Positions 53,391 to 64,000 of a stretch of DNA of 64,000 nt are shown in pieces. The notes beneath the pieces are model-generated. The model did not search any database. It saw only the letters and a list, made by a program, of their open reading frames with translations, and was not told the DNA's origin. The stretch comes from Vicugna vicugna (Eukaryota): assembly GCA_013265495.1 (NCBI GenBank), contig MU058228.1:62001-126000 (forward strand), read 5' to 3'. Each line of letters opens with the position of its first letter. The first letter of the stretch is position 1. The translations under genes and the position numbers were made by a program.

Positions 53391-53969
53391 TGAGGTGGGA
53401 AGCCCCACTTAAAAAAAAAAAAGAGAGAGAGAGAGACCGGCAGGACCCCCAGGCAGAACCACTATTCTCCTGCCAGCACCACCCAGTTCCCTGGCCCAGG
53501 AGCTCTATCTCACTTCTTGCCTCTGAAAGGGCTTACTTCTAGGAAAGTGGAACTTATCCCTAAAATTCTATTGGTTCTCTGAGCTCACTCATGATTGGTT
53601 ATTTCCTTCACTCCTGATTGGTCCATTTCCCTAACTTCTGATTGGTCCATTTGTAATACTTCATTTGCATGGGGCTCACTCTGATTGGTCCATTTCCCTC
53701 ACTCCTGATTGGTTATTTCTCTTCCTCCTGATTGGTCCATTTCTACAAAGCTTGTTCCTAATTAGTCAACTTTTGTTATACCTTATTTGCATAAGGTGTA
53801 AAGTGTAAACTGGTAGCCTATAAAAGCCTGTGTAAACCAACAGACAGGGTCCAAAGCTTGGCATGTTAACTCGCCTGGGTCTGCTGGTGTGTTCGTCGAG
53901 TGCTGCTTGGTCTGTCACCTGGGTCCAGGTTGCTGCCACAACTGAGCTGTAGCACGTTTTCCTGCAGCA
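53391..53969 (+). mobile_element. CCAAT/octamer-rich ERV1-type solo LTR, copy A
   Basis: TG...CA ends, 7 ATTGG boxes in ~23-bp repeats, two ATTTGCAT and CTATAAAA. Homologous to copies B and C. TSD not clean. Confidence 0.8.
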
Positions 53970-54299
53970 GTAGAGGGGATTTTTGTGTCTCAGTGATGTC
54001 ATGTCACTCTGTATTATTGTGGGGAAATTCTGGGCCAGAGAATCCTGGACGGCAGCAGCGGGTTTGGGGCCTTTAATAGCCCAGGGTTCGTCTCACCTGT
54101 GGCTGGCAGATGTTAAGTGCAGTTCTGCAAAGCAGGCAGGCTCTGAGTGGCTACAAATATCTTTCCTGGGGCTACATTTAAGGCAATTGGATGTATGGGG
54201 ATTTGAGTTTAGTGCTGGTGGGCTCGGAGCCTGCTGTGAAGAAGTACAAAACATAGGGGTCATCTCTAGCCTACTTAAATAAAACAAAAAGCTTGCTGT

Positions 54300-55000
54300 T
54301 AACCTCCTCAGAGATATGAGAAGAAACTGCAGAATAGGCTATAAAAGGTATATCCAGAAAACAAAAGGAGTATCTTAGAAAGGGAAAATATTGGAGTAAA
54401 AATGAAAAATTCAGTCGAAGAGAAAGTGAAGGAAATATGACAGCAATAGAACAAAAAAGACAAAGACTTTTAAAAATGAGTGAAAAAATGAAAATCAGAG
54501 AATCAACCCAGGAGTTCCCACATCCGAACTTCAGGAAATTTGGAAGGAGAGAACAGAGAAAAATGAAAATTATCAGGAAAAGACTTTAAGACAATTTTTC
54601 AGAAATAGAGGACATGGACAGACCCCCAAATGCTCAGCAAAATGAATGGGAAAGAAATAAACAAAACCAACTCATTGATGTGAAATTTTAGAGCCCAAAG
54701 ATTTCCAGAGATCAAAAAGAGGTCTCATACAAAGGACTGAGAATCAGAATGCTCCTGGGTTGCTTAACAGTAATTTTGGAAGTTAGGGGACAAAGTTCCA
54801 AGGGAAGATAATTTCAAAACTAAGCATCTTACACCCAATAACTCAAAAAGGGTTATTTTTAGAGGGGAGCAAAAAGACCTTTCCAGATATTTAAGGTCTC
54901 AAAATATTTACTCCAACAGGCACTGTGTCTCAGGAAGCTTTTTGGGGGATATGTTTCACCGAAGAGAGGAGTAATCAGGAGGGAAATGGGATCCAGAAAC
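54300..55000 (+). mobile_element. Very old LINE-1 ORF1-region fragment (L1ME-like)
   Basis: A-rich, with L1 ORF1-like motifs (AGAGAATCAACCCAGGAG, ATACAAAGGA...GAATCAGAATG). Confidence 0.55.
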
Positions 55001-56960
55001 AGGAGATCCAAAACGGGGGAGGGGGAGGGGCTGGGGCTGGAGGGGTCACGAAGTTCTCCAGGGGGCTGCTAAGGGCAATCTTGAGATGCAGGAGCTGTGA
55101 AACAGCCTGGCTGTTTTGAGAGGAAGAAAGAGCTCTAGGATTTTTCGAAAGAGTAAAATACACATCTGTCTTCAGGCAATAAATCGAACTGTTATCAAAA
55201 CCTAAAGAAAACACTGGCCCCAATGTAAAAGGATTTCTTTACATTTCTTAAAAAGTTTTTGTCTGTTCTTGTTGTTTAGCAGTTTTCAAAAAAACAATCA
55301 AGTCCTTATGTTTTTTCATGTCATGTGTGCATCTCCTTGATAACATGAAAATGACAGAACTTCGGGTAAAGAGTAGTCCATCGTCTCTGGCTATCTCCAC
55401 AACTTAAGATCATACTACCTTCTTGTCTTAAATACTTTAATTTTCCTCTTTTATATCATGCAGCAGAACTCCACCCAATGCATGGAGCCTGGGACTTGTT
55501 CTCAAACGTGAGCATCGGCCGGCCCGTCATGGAGTGCTGGCCTGCTTTGAGCTTTGAACCCACACTAACTTGACTCTGCCACTCTGTAGCTGATCAGTTT
55601 TGGCAACTGTCTGCATCTCTGTTTCCTCATTAAGGTACCAGGCATAATCATCCCAATCTCGCAGGGCTGTTCTGAGTTTTAAAATGATGCTATCGTGGAA
55701 ACGAAGCACCAGTATTATCCCTAGTTCCTAGTAGGTGCTTAACACCTTGTGGCTGTGACAGGTGTTAATGTTTTGTAGTTTCCACCACGATTTCATCCAT
55801 CCTTTCTCACCGCGTCTTTGATGAAATGGGAGGACAGGTTTGATGCCCCCACTTAAAAACAGACAAAACCAAGGCTAAGCAACAGGCTAGCACTCTGGGA
55901 TGGACCCTTTGGGGGCTCAGCATTTCTGGTCACTGGGCAATGCTCTAACAGAGACAGAGCCATCGGGAAGCGAAGTTCCTTGAAAGAGCAATCGTCCCCG
56001 ATGCCCTGCCTTTCCAGCAGCAGGACCACGGGGTTAAGAACAGTAGACTGTGAGTCCAGACTTGCTCTCAGAATGAGAGCATTTTCACATTCCAGGTGGG
56101 ACCAGGAGGGAGAAGAAATGACAGGAGACAGAGTGGGTCCATGAAATCATGTTTTTATATCCAGTGCCCAAAAGGAAATTGGAAAACAAGTGTGTGTGAA
56201 TCCCTTCACTCTGGTAAATATGTTTACTACGTAGGTGGGATAGGAAATACCAAGGCAGTCTGCAGTAAAGTTCCTGAAATAAAGATTAAGCCCCAAAGGA
56301 TAGAGCTTTGTATTTTTAAATAATCTTAGAGTTCCTCTTTGAACATGACTAAGTGATCATTTGTGTCAAACTAGGTTTTTAAAGTGGCAAAAGGAAAGGG
56401 TGGTGTCAAGGATGCCATTTTCAACAAATTCAGACTTTTCAAGTTCCTTAGAGATAACTTAAAAAATTTAGAGACTATTCTAATACCTGGATTCATATTT
56501 AATTGTCTGAGTGAATTATCTGTGTATATGACGCTACTGTTTCTTTAAAAGAAATGTAAGTGAAACTAAGAAAGTTATGTAGGTAAGACTGTTTTGTGTC
56601 GGGCAAAGAACCCTGAGGGCATCATTGTGTAAAGGATGTTGACTAAGTCAGAAAAAAAAAAAAGTTAAATCATACCCACACGGGAAGGTGTCATAAATTT
56701 TAGAACGACTTCCATGCAGAGTGATTAAAAGTGTTATTTCTGAAAACATTAGCAAGAAGCCAATAAATGTGGGTTGAATGAAGAAAAATTATTTACGGCA
56801 GTAAAATATCAAAGACTAAAATACTAAGATACATAACTGGTTATCTCTAACATACAATAATGTTCCAGTAGCCCATTTACAGATTGACTTGAGAATTTGG
56901 AGCTTATTTTCCCAAATAAACAGTGCTGTAGACATCAGTTACACTCTCACGGAAGTAAAC

Positions 56961-57102
56961 AGGGGGCAAGGAGACTAGCTCAATGGTAGAGCACATACAT
57001 GTTTAGCATGTACGAGGTCCTAGGTTCAATCCCCAGTACCTCCACTGACAAAAGAAAGAGAGAAACCTAATTACTTACCCCTACCAAAAAAAAAAAAAAA
57101 AA
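56961..57102 (+). mobile_element. tRNA-derived SINE (vic-1-like, long-tail type)
   Basis: TAGCTCAATGGTAGAGCAC...GGTTCAATCCCCAGTACCTCC, CCTAATTACTTACCCC and poly(A). Confidence 0.85.
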
Positions 57103-58159
57103 GTTAAACTAAAACATAATGTAGATAAATCCTTGTGCACCTGCAGTGAAAAACAGTAGAAATTCTAGCATATAAGCGCAAAAGGAAAACAATAAAACTG
57201 GATTACAACCACTGCATTATTTTGGATGCTAGTATTCAAGGATCAGAGGACTACTGAGAAAAGAAATTACACCCGTGGAGACTCTGAGCGAGGTGTCGGG
57301 CTTTCAGGTAACTGAGGTGCTAGCACCCGTGTGATTTCACTTCAGTCCCTAAGGCCTTCTCCTGTCTTGTTGCATGCATGCCTATGATTCTTGTTAGTCA
57401 AATCAGCAATAATTCTGGCCGTTTTGAAGTTCACAGATGAAAATGGGGAGAGGAAAAGGACAGTATATTTTTTAAGATAAAAGGTAAGTGAGGAGAGAGG
57501 GGCCCATTGCAGGGACATGAAAGGGGAACTTGTGCACCCTTGTGAGAGGGCCTGAGGTGGTGACTGAATGGTAAGCAGGGATGGGTAGGAGAAGGTGGCA
57601 GTGAGCACATGGTTTCCCTGAGCTGGTGAGGAAGAGGTGCCACTGTCAGACGCCACCTTGAGCCTTAACTCTTGGTTGCTGTACATCACACTCCCAGAGT
57701 TTATTTACCTTGTAAGTGAGTTTGTACCTTTGGGCTGCTTTCACTAGTTTTAGCAGAAGGGATCTAACAATCTTAAAGCACGGACTTGTGGCCACATATT
57801 CTTTAATCTCCACTACCTAGTGCAGAATAAACATTGATCAGAACGGTGTTGAAATATTTCCCTCTCGCTACAGTTTCCCCCACCCTTTCACCTTAGTGCC
57901 TTTGCACCAGCTTCACCTGGAATGCTCTTGGCTGGTAAGGCATTTCCGCAGATCCAGTTCTTACCCTCCTCCTAATACACCACCCACTTAGCAAGGTTTT
58001 CCGATTTGATCCCTACCCTCGCGGCTATCTGTATCTCTCCACCATCTCTCGGTTGTATCTCACACTTATATCGACAACACACACGCCAGTTCCCTTGCGA
58101 GTGCATCCCAGTCTGGGAAACCCAATAACCTAACCTGATCTTTACTTTGCCTATACCCA

Positions 58160-59070
58160 GCCCGACGCTCGGCTGGTTAAGTGGAAGAATAAAAAACTCG
58201 GAAAGCTGAGGGATCCAGCGTGCGTCTTGCCGTTAAACAACCTGGACTTCCCACGTGGTCGTTTCGAAAGGAGTTTCTGTGGACAGCAACATGGACCCGG
58301 GGTGGGGAGGGGGCGGCGGCCTGAACTCCGCGGCCAGACTGGCTCCAAGGGGGCCTGAACCAGCGAGGGCTCGAACGGCCGACTCCGCCCTCGCCGCAGT
58401 CTCGGTACGTTCCTCGACGGCCGGGGGCACAGACGGAGGGGAAGACCGAACACGCAGGGGTAGGAAGAGAGGCGTGGAGCCCGCAGCGGGCGGCCGGACC
58501 TCCTCGAGCCCCACAAGCCGAGGCTGGCGCCGCGTGTCCGGGGAAGCCACGCCTTCACCCTGGGCCCACCACCGCCCCCTCCAGCCTCGCCTCACCGCGC
58601 GGCCCCTCACGGGAGCGCGGAGGGCTGACCCCCTGGGGCCGCCGTCAACGGCGACACACAAAGGCCGGAAGTGCGCCCGCGTCGGCCTGCGAGGCGCCCT
58701 CTCTAGGACCCCGGAGGCCCCACATCTCGGTGGTTCTCCAGACTTGAAGGTTGAGGGTGGGGGTACCAGACCCCGCAAGACCCCGACGCCCTGAGCTTTT
58801 CTGGCCCGCTCTTTGGGCAGCAAAATGAATCGAAAGGTACGAATTAGAAATCAAATCACTTATGTGTGTAAGAGAAACCCCACTTAAAATGTATCCAGGC
58901 CTGTTTCGGCCCAGGGGATTATCCCGCTAGCTGCCCCCAGGGGGCGAGGGCACGGAGGGCTGGAGAGAGTCCTCCCGGCTCAGGGTCTCTCAGTGGCACA
59001 GAGCGCTGGGCGTGTGCTGCAGCGGTCGGTGCGCCTTCCACTGCCGGGGCTGCCTCTCCTCAGAAACGAA
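58160..59070. promoter_or_regulatory. Third CpG island, homologous to the ZKSCAN1 promoter/exon 1, with no intact gene downstream
   Basis: CpG-rich. CACAAAGGCCGGAAGTG (58657-58673) is identical to 37755-37771, and CCTCTCTAGGA (58698-58708) is identical to 37814-37824. Minus-strand donor GCG|gtgagg at 58596/58595. Confidence 0.8.
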
Positions 59071-59074
59071 CACC

Positions 59075-59160
59075 GTGCAGCGCAGTTGTAGAACGCCTGC
59101 TTAGCCTGCATGAGGTCCTGGGTTCAATCCCCAGCACCTCCAGTAAACAAAACAAAACTC
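59075..59160 (+). mobile_element. tRNA-derived SINE (vic-1-like, diverged 5' end)
   Basis: GCTTAGCCTGCATGAGGTCCTGGGTTCAATCCCCAGCACCTCC followed by an AAAC tail. Confidence 0.75.
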
Positions 59161-59229
59161 ATGCTTTCAAAATGGCAGGAAACACGTAACAGTTTCAAAG
59201 GTGACCAAATGGAGTGGAAAAGTCAGAGA

Positions 59230-60272
59230 AGACCGTCTCATACCCATTAGGCTGGCTACTATTAAAAATATCCACCACCACCCACCCCACCCCAGCCCCA
59301 GCAAAATACTAAATAACAAGTGTAGGCAAGGATATGGAGAAATTGGAACCCTTGCGCGTGGCTGGTGGGAATGCAGAATGGTGCAGCCACTGTGGAAGGC
59401 AGTATACACTAACAACAGGACACCTGAAAGATAAAGTGAAACAGTCACATTCACAACAGCATCAAAAACAATAAAACAAGAATAAACTGATGAAGAAGAT
59501 GAAAGAGCTGTACACTGAAAACTATGTCTTTGATAAAAGAAATCACAAATGGAAAGACGTCTGTGTTCAGGGATTGCAAGAATGTTGTGCAGACATTAAA
59601 ATGTTTGTACTACACATAGCCATCTATATATTCATTGTAACCCTTATCAAAATTCCAATGGGAGTCCTCACAGAAATAGAAAAAAAACCCCTAAAATTCA
59701 TATAGATCCACAAAAGACCCCGAATAGCCAAAGCAATCCTGAGAAAGAATGAAGCTGGACGCACCATACTTCCTGATGTCAAGCTTGATTACAAAATATA
59801 ATAATCAAAACAGTATGGTACTGGCACACACAAAAGACACATAGACCAATGGAGCAGAATCAAGAGCCCAGAGATAAACCCACACATAGATAGTCAACTG
59901 ATCTTCAACACAGATGCCAGGAAGACTGAATGGGGACAGGAGAATCTCTTCAATAAATGGTGCGGGGAAAACTGGATTTCCACATGCTGAAGAACGAAGC
60001 TGGACCCCTATCTTATACCACTCACAAAAATTAACCTGAAATGCATTAAAGACAACTGTAAGACCTGAAACTGTAAAACGAATGAAGAAAACACAAAGGA
60101 AAAGACTTCTTGACATTGGTCTTGGCCGCGTTTCTGGAGATGACACCAAAAGCACAAGCAACAAAAGCAAAAAAACTAAGTATTAAACTAAGGAACTTCT
60201 GCTCAGAAGAAAATCCACAAAATGAAAAGGCAACCTATAGAACAGGAGAAAATATTTGCAAACCATCTATCT
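59230..60272 (+). mobile_element. LINE-1 ORF2 fragments
   Basis: CCCGAATAGCCAAAGCAATCCTGAGAAAGAA, ATCAAAACAGTATGGTACTGGC, CTTCAATAAATGGTGC; no intact ORF. Confidence 0.85.
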
Positions 60273-60679
60273 GTGGGCCAGATCTGTAGCCCAGGAGTGG
60301 GGCTATTTCTAGACTAGTTTTTCCTCTGAGCCACTACATGAAGCTGCCTCAGACTGATTTTCAGTAGCGAAAGCCACAAAGCCATGTTTGGAAACTGGAA
60401 TACTTCTTAGGTGAAGCTACTCCCAGTTAGAAGTTGGAGATTGAGAACTTCCCTTTCTTCAGAAATTAAATTCAATCCAAAATTTTCACTGAGTTAAAAA
60501 TGGAAATTAGAGACTGAATAAATAGCTGATTTAAAAGTTTGTTTTAAATCAGTATATGTCTGAAGTTGATCTCTGTCCTACTATTGGCCATGTGTTGAGA
60601 CTTCTGTCCCAAAAGCCAGATCTGTTGGTAAAAGTATCTGGGTCCGACAGCCAGCTCTGGATTAAGCCAAGTTCTTCTG

Positions 60680-60830
60680 TTCCTTAGTATAATGTCCTCA
60701 AGGTTCATCCATGTGGCAGCATGAGTAAGGATTTCCTTACTTTCTAAAGTTGAGTAATATTCCATTGTAGGGATACATCACATTTTATCTGTTCACCTTT
60801 TGATGGACAGTTGGGTTGTTCCCACCTCAT
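60680..60830 (-). mobile_element. LINE-1 ORF2 3' fragment
   Basis: Minus ORF MEYYSTLESKEILTHAATWMNLEDIIL is the typical L1 ORF2 C-terminus. Confidence 0.75.
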
Positions 60831-61572
60831 CTTGTCCTTTAAAGGGGAAATGACATGATCTTACATGTGTCTTCGGAGCACAGAGGATGATCGGAAAGGA
60901 GACACTTGGGAGGGCTGTGAATACCTGACTGAGGCGCAGCAAGACGGGAGCATTCTAGGGGGAGGATAGGGCCAGAGTCAGAGCATACATCCATGCTGTC
61001 TGGGATGATAGGGAGGGGACAGGAACCCCCCCGTCCAGGTCTTAGCTTGGGACGCTGGGAGGAGAAGACGGAGGAGAAAGAGCAGGAGGAGGAAGAGGAT
61101 GAGGAGTAGTTGTTTTGGTTTTCTTTGGAGATAGGGTTTTCTTTGGGGAAGATCAGGCTGGAATTTGGACTTGTGAGTCTGAGGTGGAACTCACCTGAGG
61201 ACGTCCAGGTGGAAATACTGGAGGACAGGTGTGACAACGAACTGAAATGACTTCATAATTATAAAAGCGATCAGCAAATATAGTTGAAGAGAAATGTCCT
61301 CTCTCCTTTCACTCAGGGTTCCCTGCCAAGCCCAGCAGGTTCTTAAAGCTGGGAGTCTGTTAGCTGGACACACAGTGCCCTCTCGTGGCCGTAAGGTGCA
61401 TCTGCAACCGAGCCTACCCCCTTGGGGGAAAACCGCTCTCCTGAATCCTGAGACAGCACTGACCCGCACGATAGGTTTCAATACCTTGCACGTAGGGATT
61501 GGGTGCTCGAGAGTCCAGAGAAGCTGGTCACTCCCTCAGCAGGTGCCGTGAGCCTAGGGGCACCTGTGGGAC

Positions 61573-62099
61573 TGACGCGGGAAGCCCCATGAAAAGATGG
61601 GCAGGATACCTATGCAGGGCCGCTGCTCTCCTCCCAGCACCCTCCAGTTCCCTGACCCAGAGGCTCTATCTCACTTTTTGCCTGTAAAGTGGCTAACTTC
61701 CACCTAAAATGCTATTGGTTCCCTGAGCTCATTTCTGATTGGTTATTTCCTTCACTCCTGATTGGTTATTTCTCTCACTCCTGATTGGTCCATTCCCCTC
61801 ACTCCTGATTGGTTCTTTCACTCCTGATTGGTCTATTTCTACAAAACTTGTTCTTGGTCAACTTCTGTTACACTTTATTTGCATATGATGTTGCAAAGTG
61901 TAAAACTGGCAGCCTATAAAAGGCCTGTGTAAACATACAGAGGGGGGTCCAGAGCTTGAAGTGTTTGCTATCCTGGGCATACTGGCGTAATAAACCTGAG
62001 TTTTCCAATTCTCCAAGTGCTGCTTGGTTTTTTGCCGGGATGGAGGTTGCTATTAAAACTGAGCTGTAACACTAAGCTGTAATAAATTTTTCTGCAACA
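61573..62099 (+). mobile_element. CCAAT/octamer-rich ERV1-type solo LTR, copy B
   Basis: TG...CA ends with 4-bp TSD GGAC; 6 ATTGG boxes, ATTTGCAT, CTATAAAA and AATAAA. Confidence 0.88.
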
Positions 62100-62188
62100 G
62101 GACAGCAAAATGGGAGATTAAGAAGGGAGGAACGTCTAGCTTGAAGGAGTCCAATACTTTTTCTGTAAACCTTGTTGTTTATCTGAAA

Positions 62189-62788
62189 TGTTGTGGAAAA
62201 ACGTGTTGCAGCTCAGTTGTGACAGCAACCTGGACCCCAGAGGCCAAACAGCACTCAGAGAGTTGGGGAACTCAGGTTTATTAACACCAGTGGGTGCAGA
62301 GAAGTTAATACTCCAAGCTCTGGGCTCCATATGTTTACACAGGCCTTTATAGGCTGCCAGTTTTACAGTTTGCAACATCGTATGCAAATAAAGTATAACA
62401 AGTTGACCAACCAGGAACAAGCTTTGTAGAAATTGAGCAATCAGGAGTGAGAAATAACCAATCAGGAGTGAGGGGAATGGACCAATCAGAAGTGAGAGAA
62501 ATATCCAATCAAGAGTGAGCTCCATGCAAATGAAGTACTACAAATGGACCAACCAGAAGTTAGGGAAGTGGACCAATCAGAAGTGAGAGTAATAACCAAT
62601 CAGGAATAAAGGAAGTAGCCAATCAGAAATGAGCTCAGGGAACCAGTAGAATTTTAGAGGCAACTAAGCCCTTTCAGAATCAAAAAGTGAGATAGAGGCT
62701 CTGCGCCAGGGAAGCGGATGGTGCTGGGACGAGAGTAGTGGCCCTGCTTGGAGGCCCTGCCGGTCTTTTCATGAGGCCTCCCGCCTCA
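62189..62788 (-). mobile_element. CCAAT/octamer-rich ERV1-type solo LTR, copy C
   Basis: TG...CA ends with 4-bp TSD GAAA; 6 CCAAT and two ATGCAAAT; TATA and AATAAA on the minus strand. Confidence 0.88.
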
Positions 62789-64000
62789 GAAACACATACA
62801 AGGAACCCCACAAACAAGAATGAGCCTGGGAGGCGAGCGCTCCTTCATCCTCGCGGTCCCTCAAGTGCGGTCAAGGCCACTGTGGTAATTCTGTCATCAT
62901 CCTCCTCCAGGACCCTCCTGCAACCCCGGCTCCTGCCTCCCCACTCACACCTTTCTAGGAGGTGTGGGATTTAACCTCTTCTGTGTGGCGGGAATCCCAG
63001 CAGTTCCGGCTCCCATCTTTTCCCTCACTAGGAAACGTGCTGCGTCCGCCCAGCCCCCGGTCAGATGCCTGGTATCTGCGGGGTTCCCTCAGAGCTGAGA
63101 TCTGAGGTGCCCAGAGCTGGCTGCAGCACTTGGGGATTCGGAGGAGAGGAAGGAAGGGAGAGAAACAGCACAACAGAACCCAGGGAACAGTCTGGACTGA
63201 GCTTGTCGCCTGCATTCTGAGCATTCTCCCTTGTCCTGTTGTCCGCAAAAGACCACGGTTTTGTCCTGATTGGGAGGCTTCACGTGGCTTAGACTAAACG
63301 CTCGTTCCCAAAGCTCCGCGTCCCCCAGTGCGTTCTCTGCACAGATGCAGCGAAGCCTCCATCCCTCCTCCCACTCGTCCCTCTGCGGTCCCTGAATGTA
63401 GCGCCCCGCTCCCAGCCACGTGGGCCAGCACTCACACTCTGAACTCAGCCTTCACCATCCCAGCCACAGACCCGGGGCTTCCCCTCACGTGGGAGCCTCA
63501 AACCGCATACTCCACGACCCACTGGGGACATGGAGTGTGTACAGGCAAGAAGGGTGTAATCTTGCCAAGGAGCTAGGGCTGCTGATTAAGCAAGATTTCC
63601 AGGCTCTGGCCAGTTTACAGAGCAGAGAGAGGGACTCTCTGCGGGGGTGGGGGTGGAGAGGCAAAATCAAAATTAGGTAAGGTGGTATTGGGGTACTCAC
63701 AGCAAAGACCCCGGGGATATATTTTAAAAATATGTCAATGTTGAAAAACTGTCATGTGGCTTCACGTAGGGCATTTCGCAAGTCTGACGGCCACAGGGGG
63801 TGACAGGTGGGAGAAGCAATCAGTGAGAGGCGACTTAGTGGGGGCCTGTGCTGCCTGGGCACCCTCCCCTGGCTCCTCTCTTCCTGTGTTACTTACCTGG
63901 AGACCCGAGCAAGGGCTGGTCTGCAGGTAGAGGTGCACAGAGAAAGGAATCTTACCCCTGTAGCCCACCTGAACCCCAGCTCTCCCCCAGGCCCTGCTCT

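Noticed and set aside
53565..53745. Regular ~23-bp repeats resembling a CRISPR-like array
   Set aside because: They are degenerate CCAAT tandem repeats in an LTR U3 region with no unique spacers, and the DNA is mammalian.
38000..64000. AZGP1 or another intact gene upstream of ZKSCAN1
   Set aside because: No signal-peptide or MHC-class-I-like exons recognised on either strand.

Overview
Mammalian genomic DNA, probably from a camelid (inferred from at least seven tRNA-Ala-like vic-1-type SINEs), covering part of a SCAN/KRAB zinc-finger cluster. Two intact minus-strand genes can be built exon by exon. ZSCAN21 has 3 coding exons and encodes 472 aa (SCAN + 7 C2H2). ZKSCAN1 has 5 coding exons and encodes 563 aa (SCAN + divergent KRAB-A + 6 C2H2). 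Each starts in a CpG island with an ETS motif. Most of the rest is interspersed repeat (L1, L2, MIR, MLT, ERV1-type solo LTRs, MER53/MER58). Main non-obvious signals, all read by eye: (1) a third CpG-island promoter at ~58.6 kb that is homologous to the ZKSCAN1 promoter and is followed on the same strand, in the correct order, by decayed SCAN, KRAB-A, KRAB-B and C2H2 exons, i.e. a dead ZKSCAN paralogue whose promoter looks preserved; (2) a second fossil SCAN/C2H2 gene in the putative long ZKSCAN1 3' UTR; (3) a vestigial KRAB-B exon with an intact acceptor and an early stop in ZKSCAN1 intron 5; (4) a 672-nt exon 2-3 circle that would give a 221-aa product; (5) three insertions of one CCAAT/octamer-rich LTR family, two of them a convergent inverted pair 89 bp apart; (6) a pair of identical CTCF-like sites between the two genes. 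Repeat family names and fossil calls need confirming by RepeatMasker/HMM searches.
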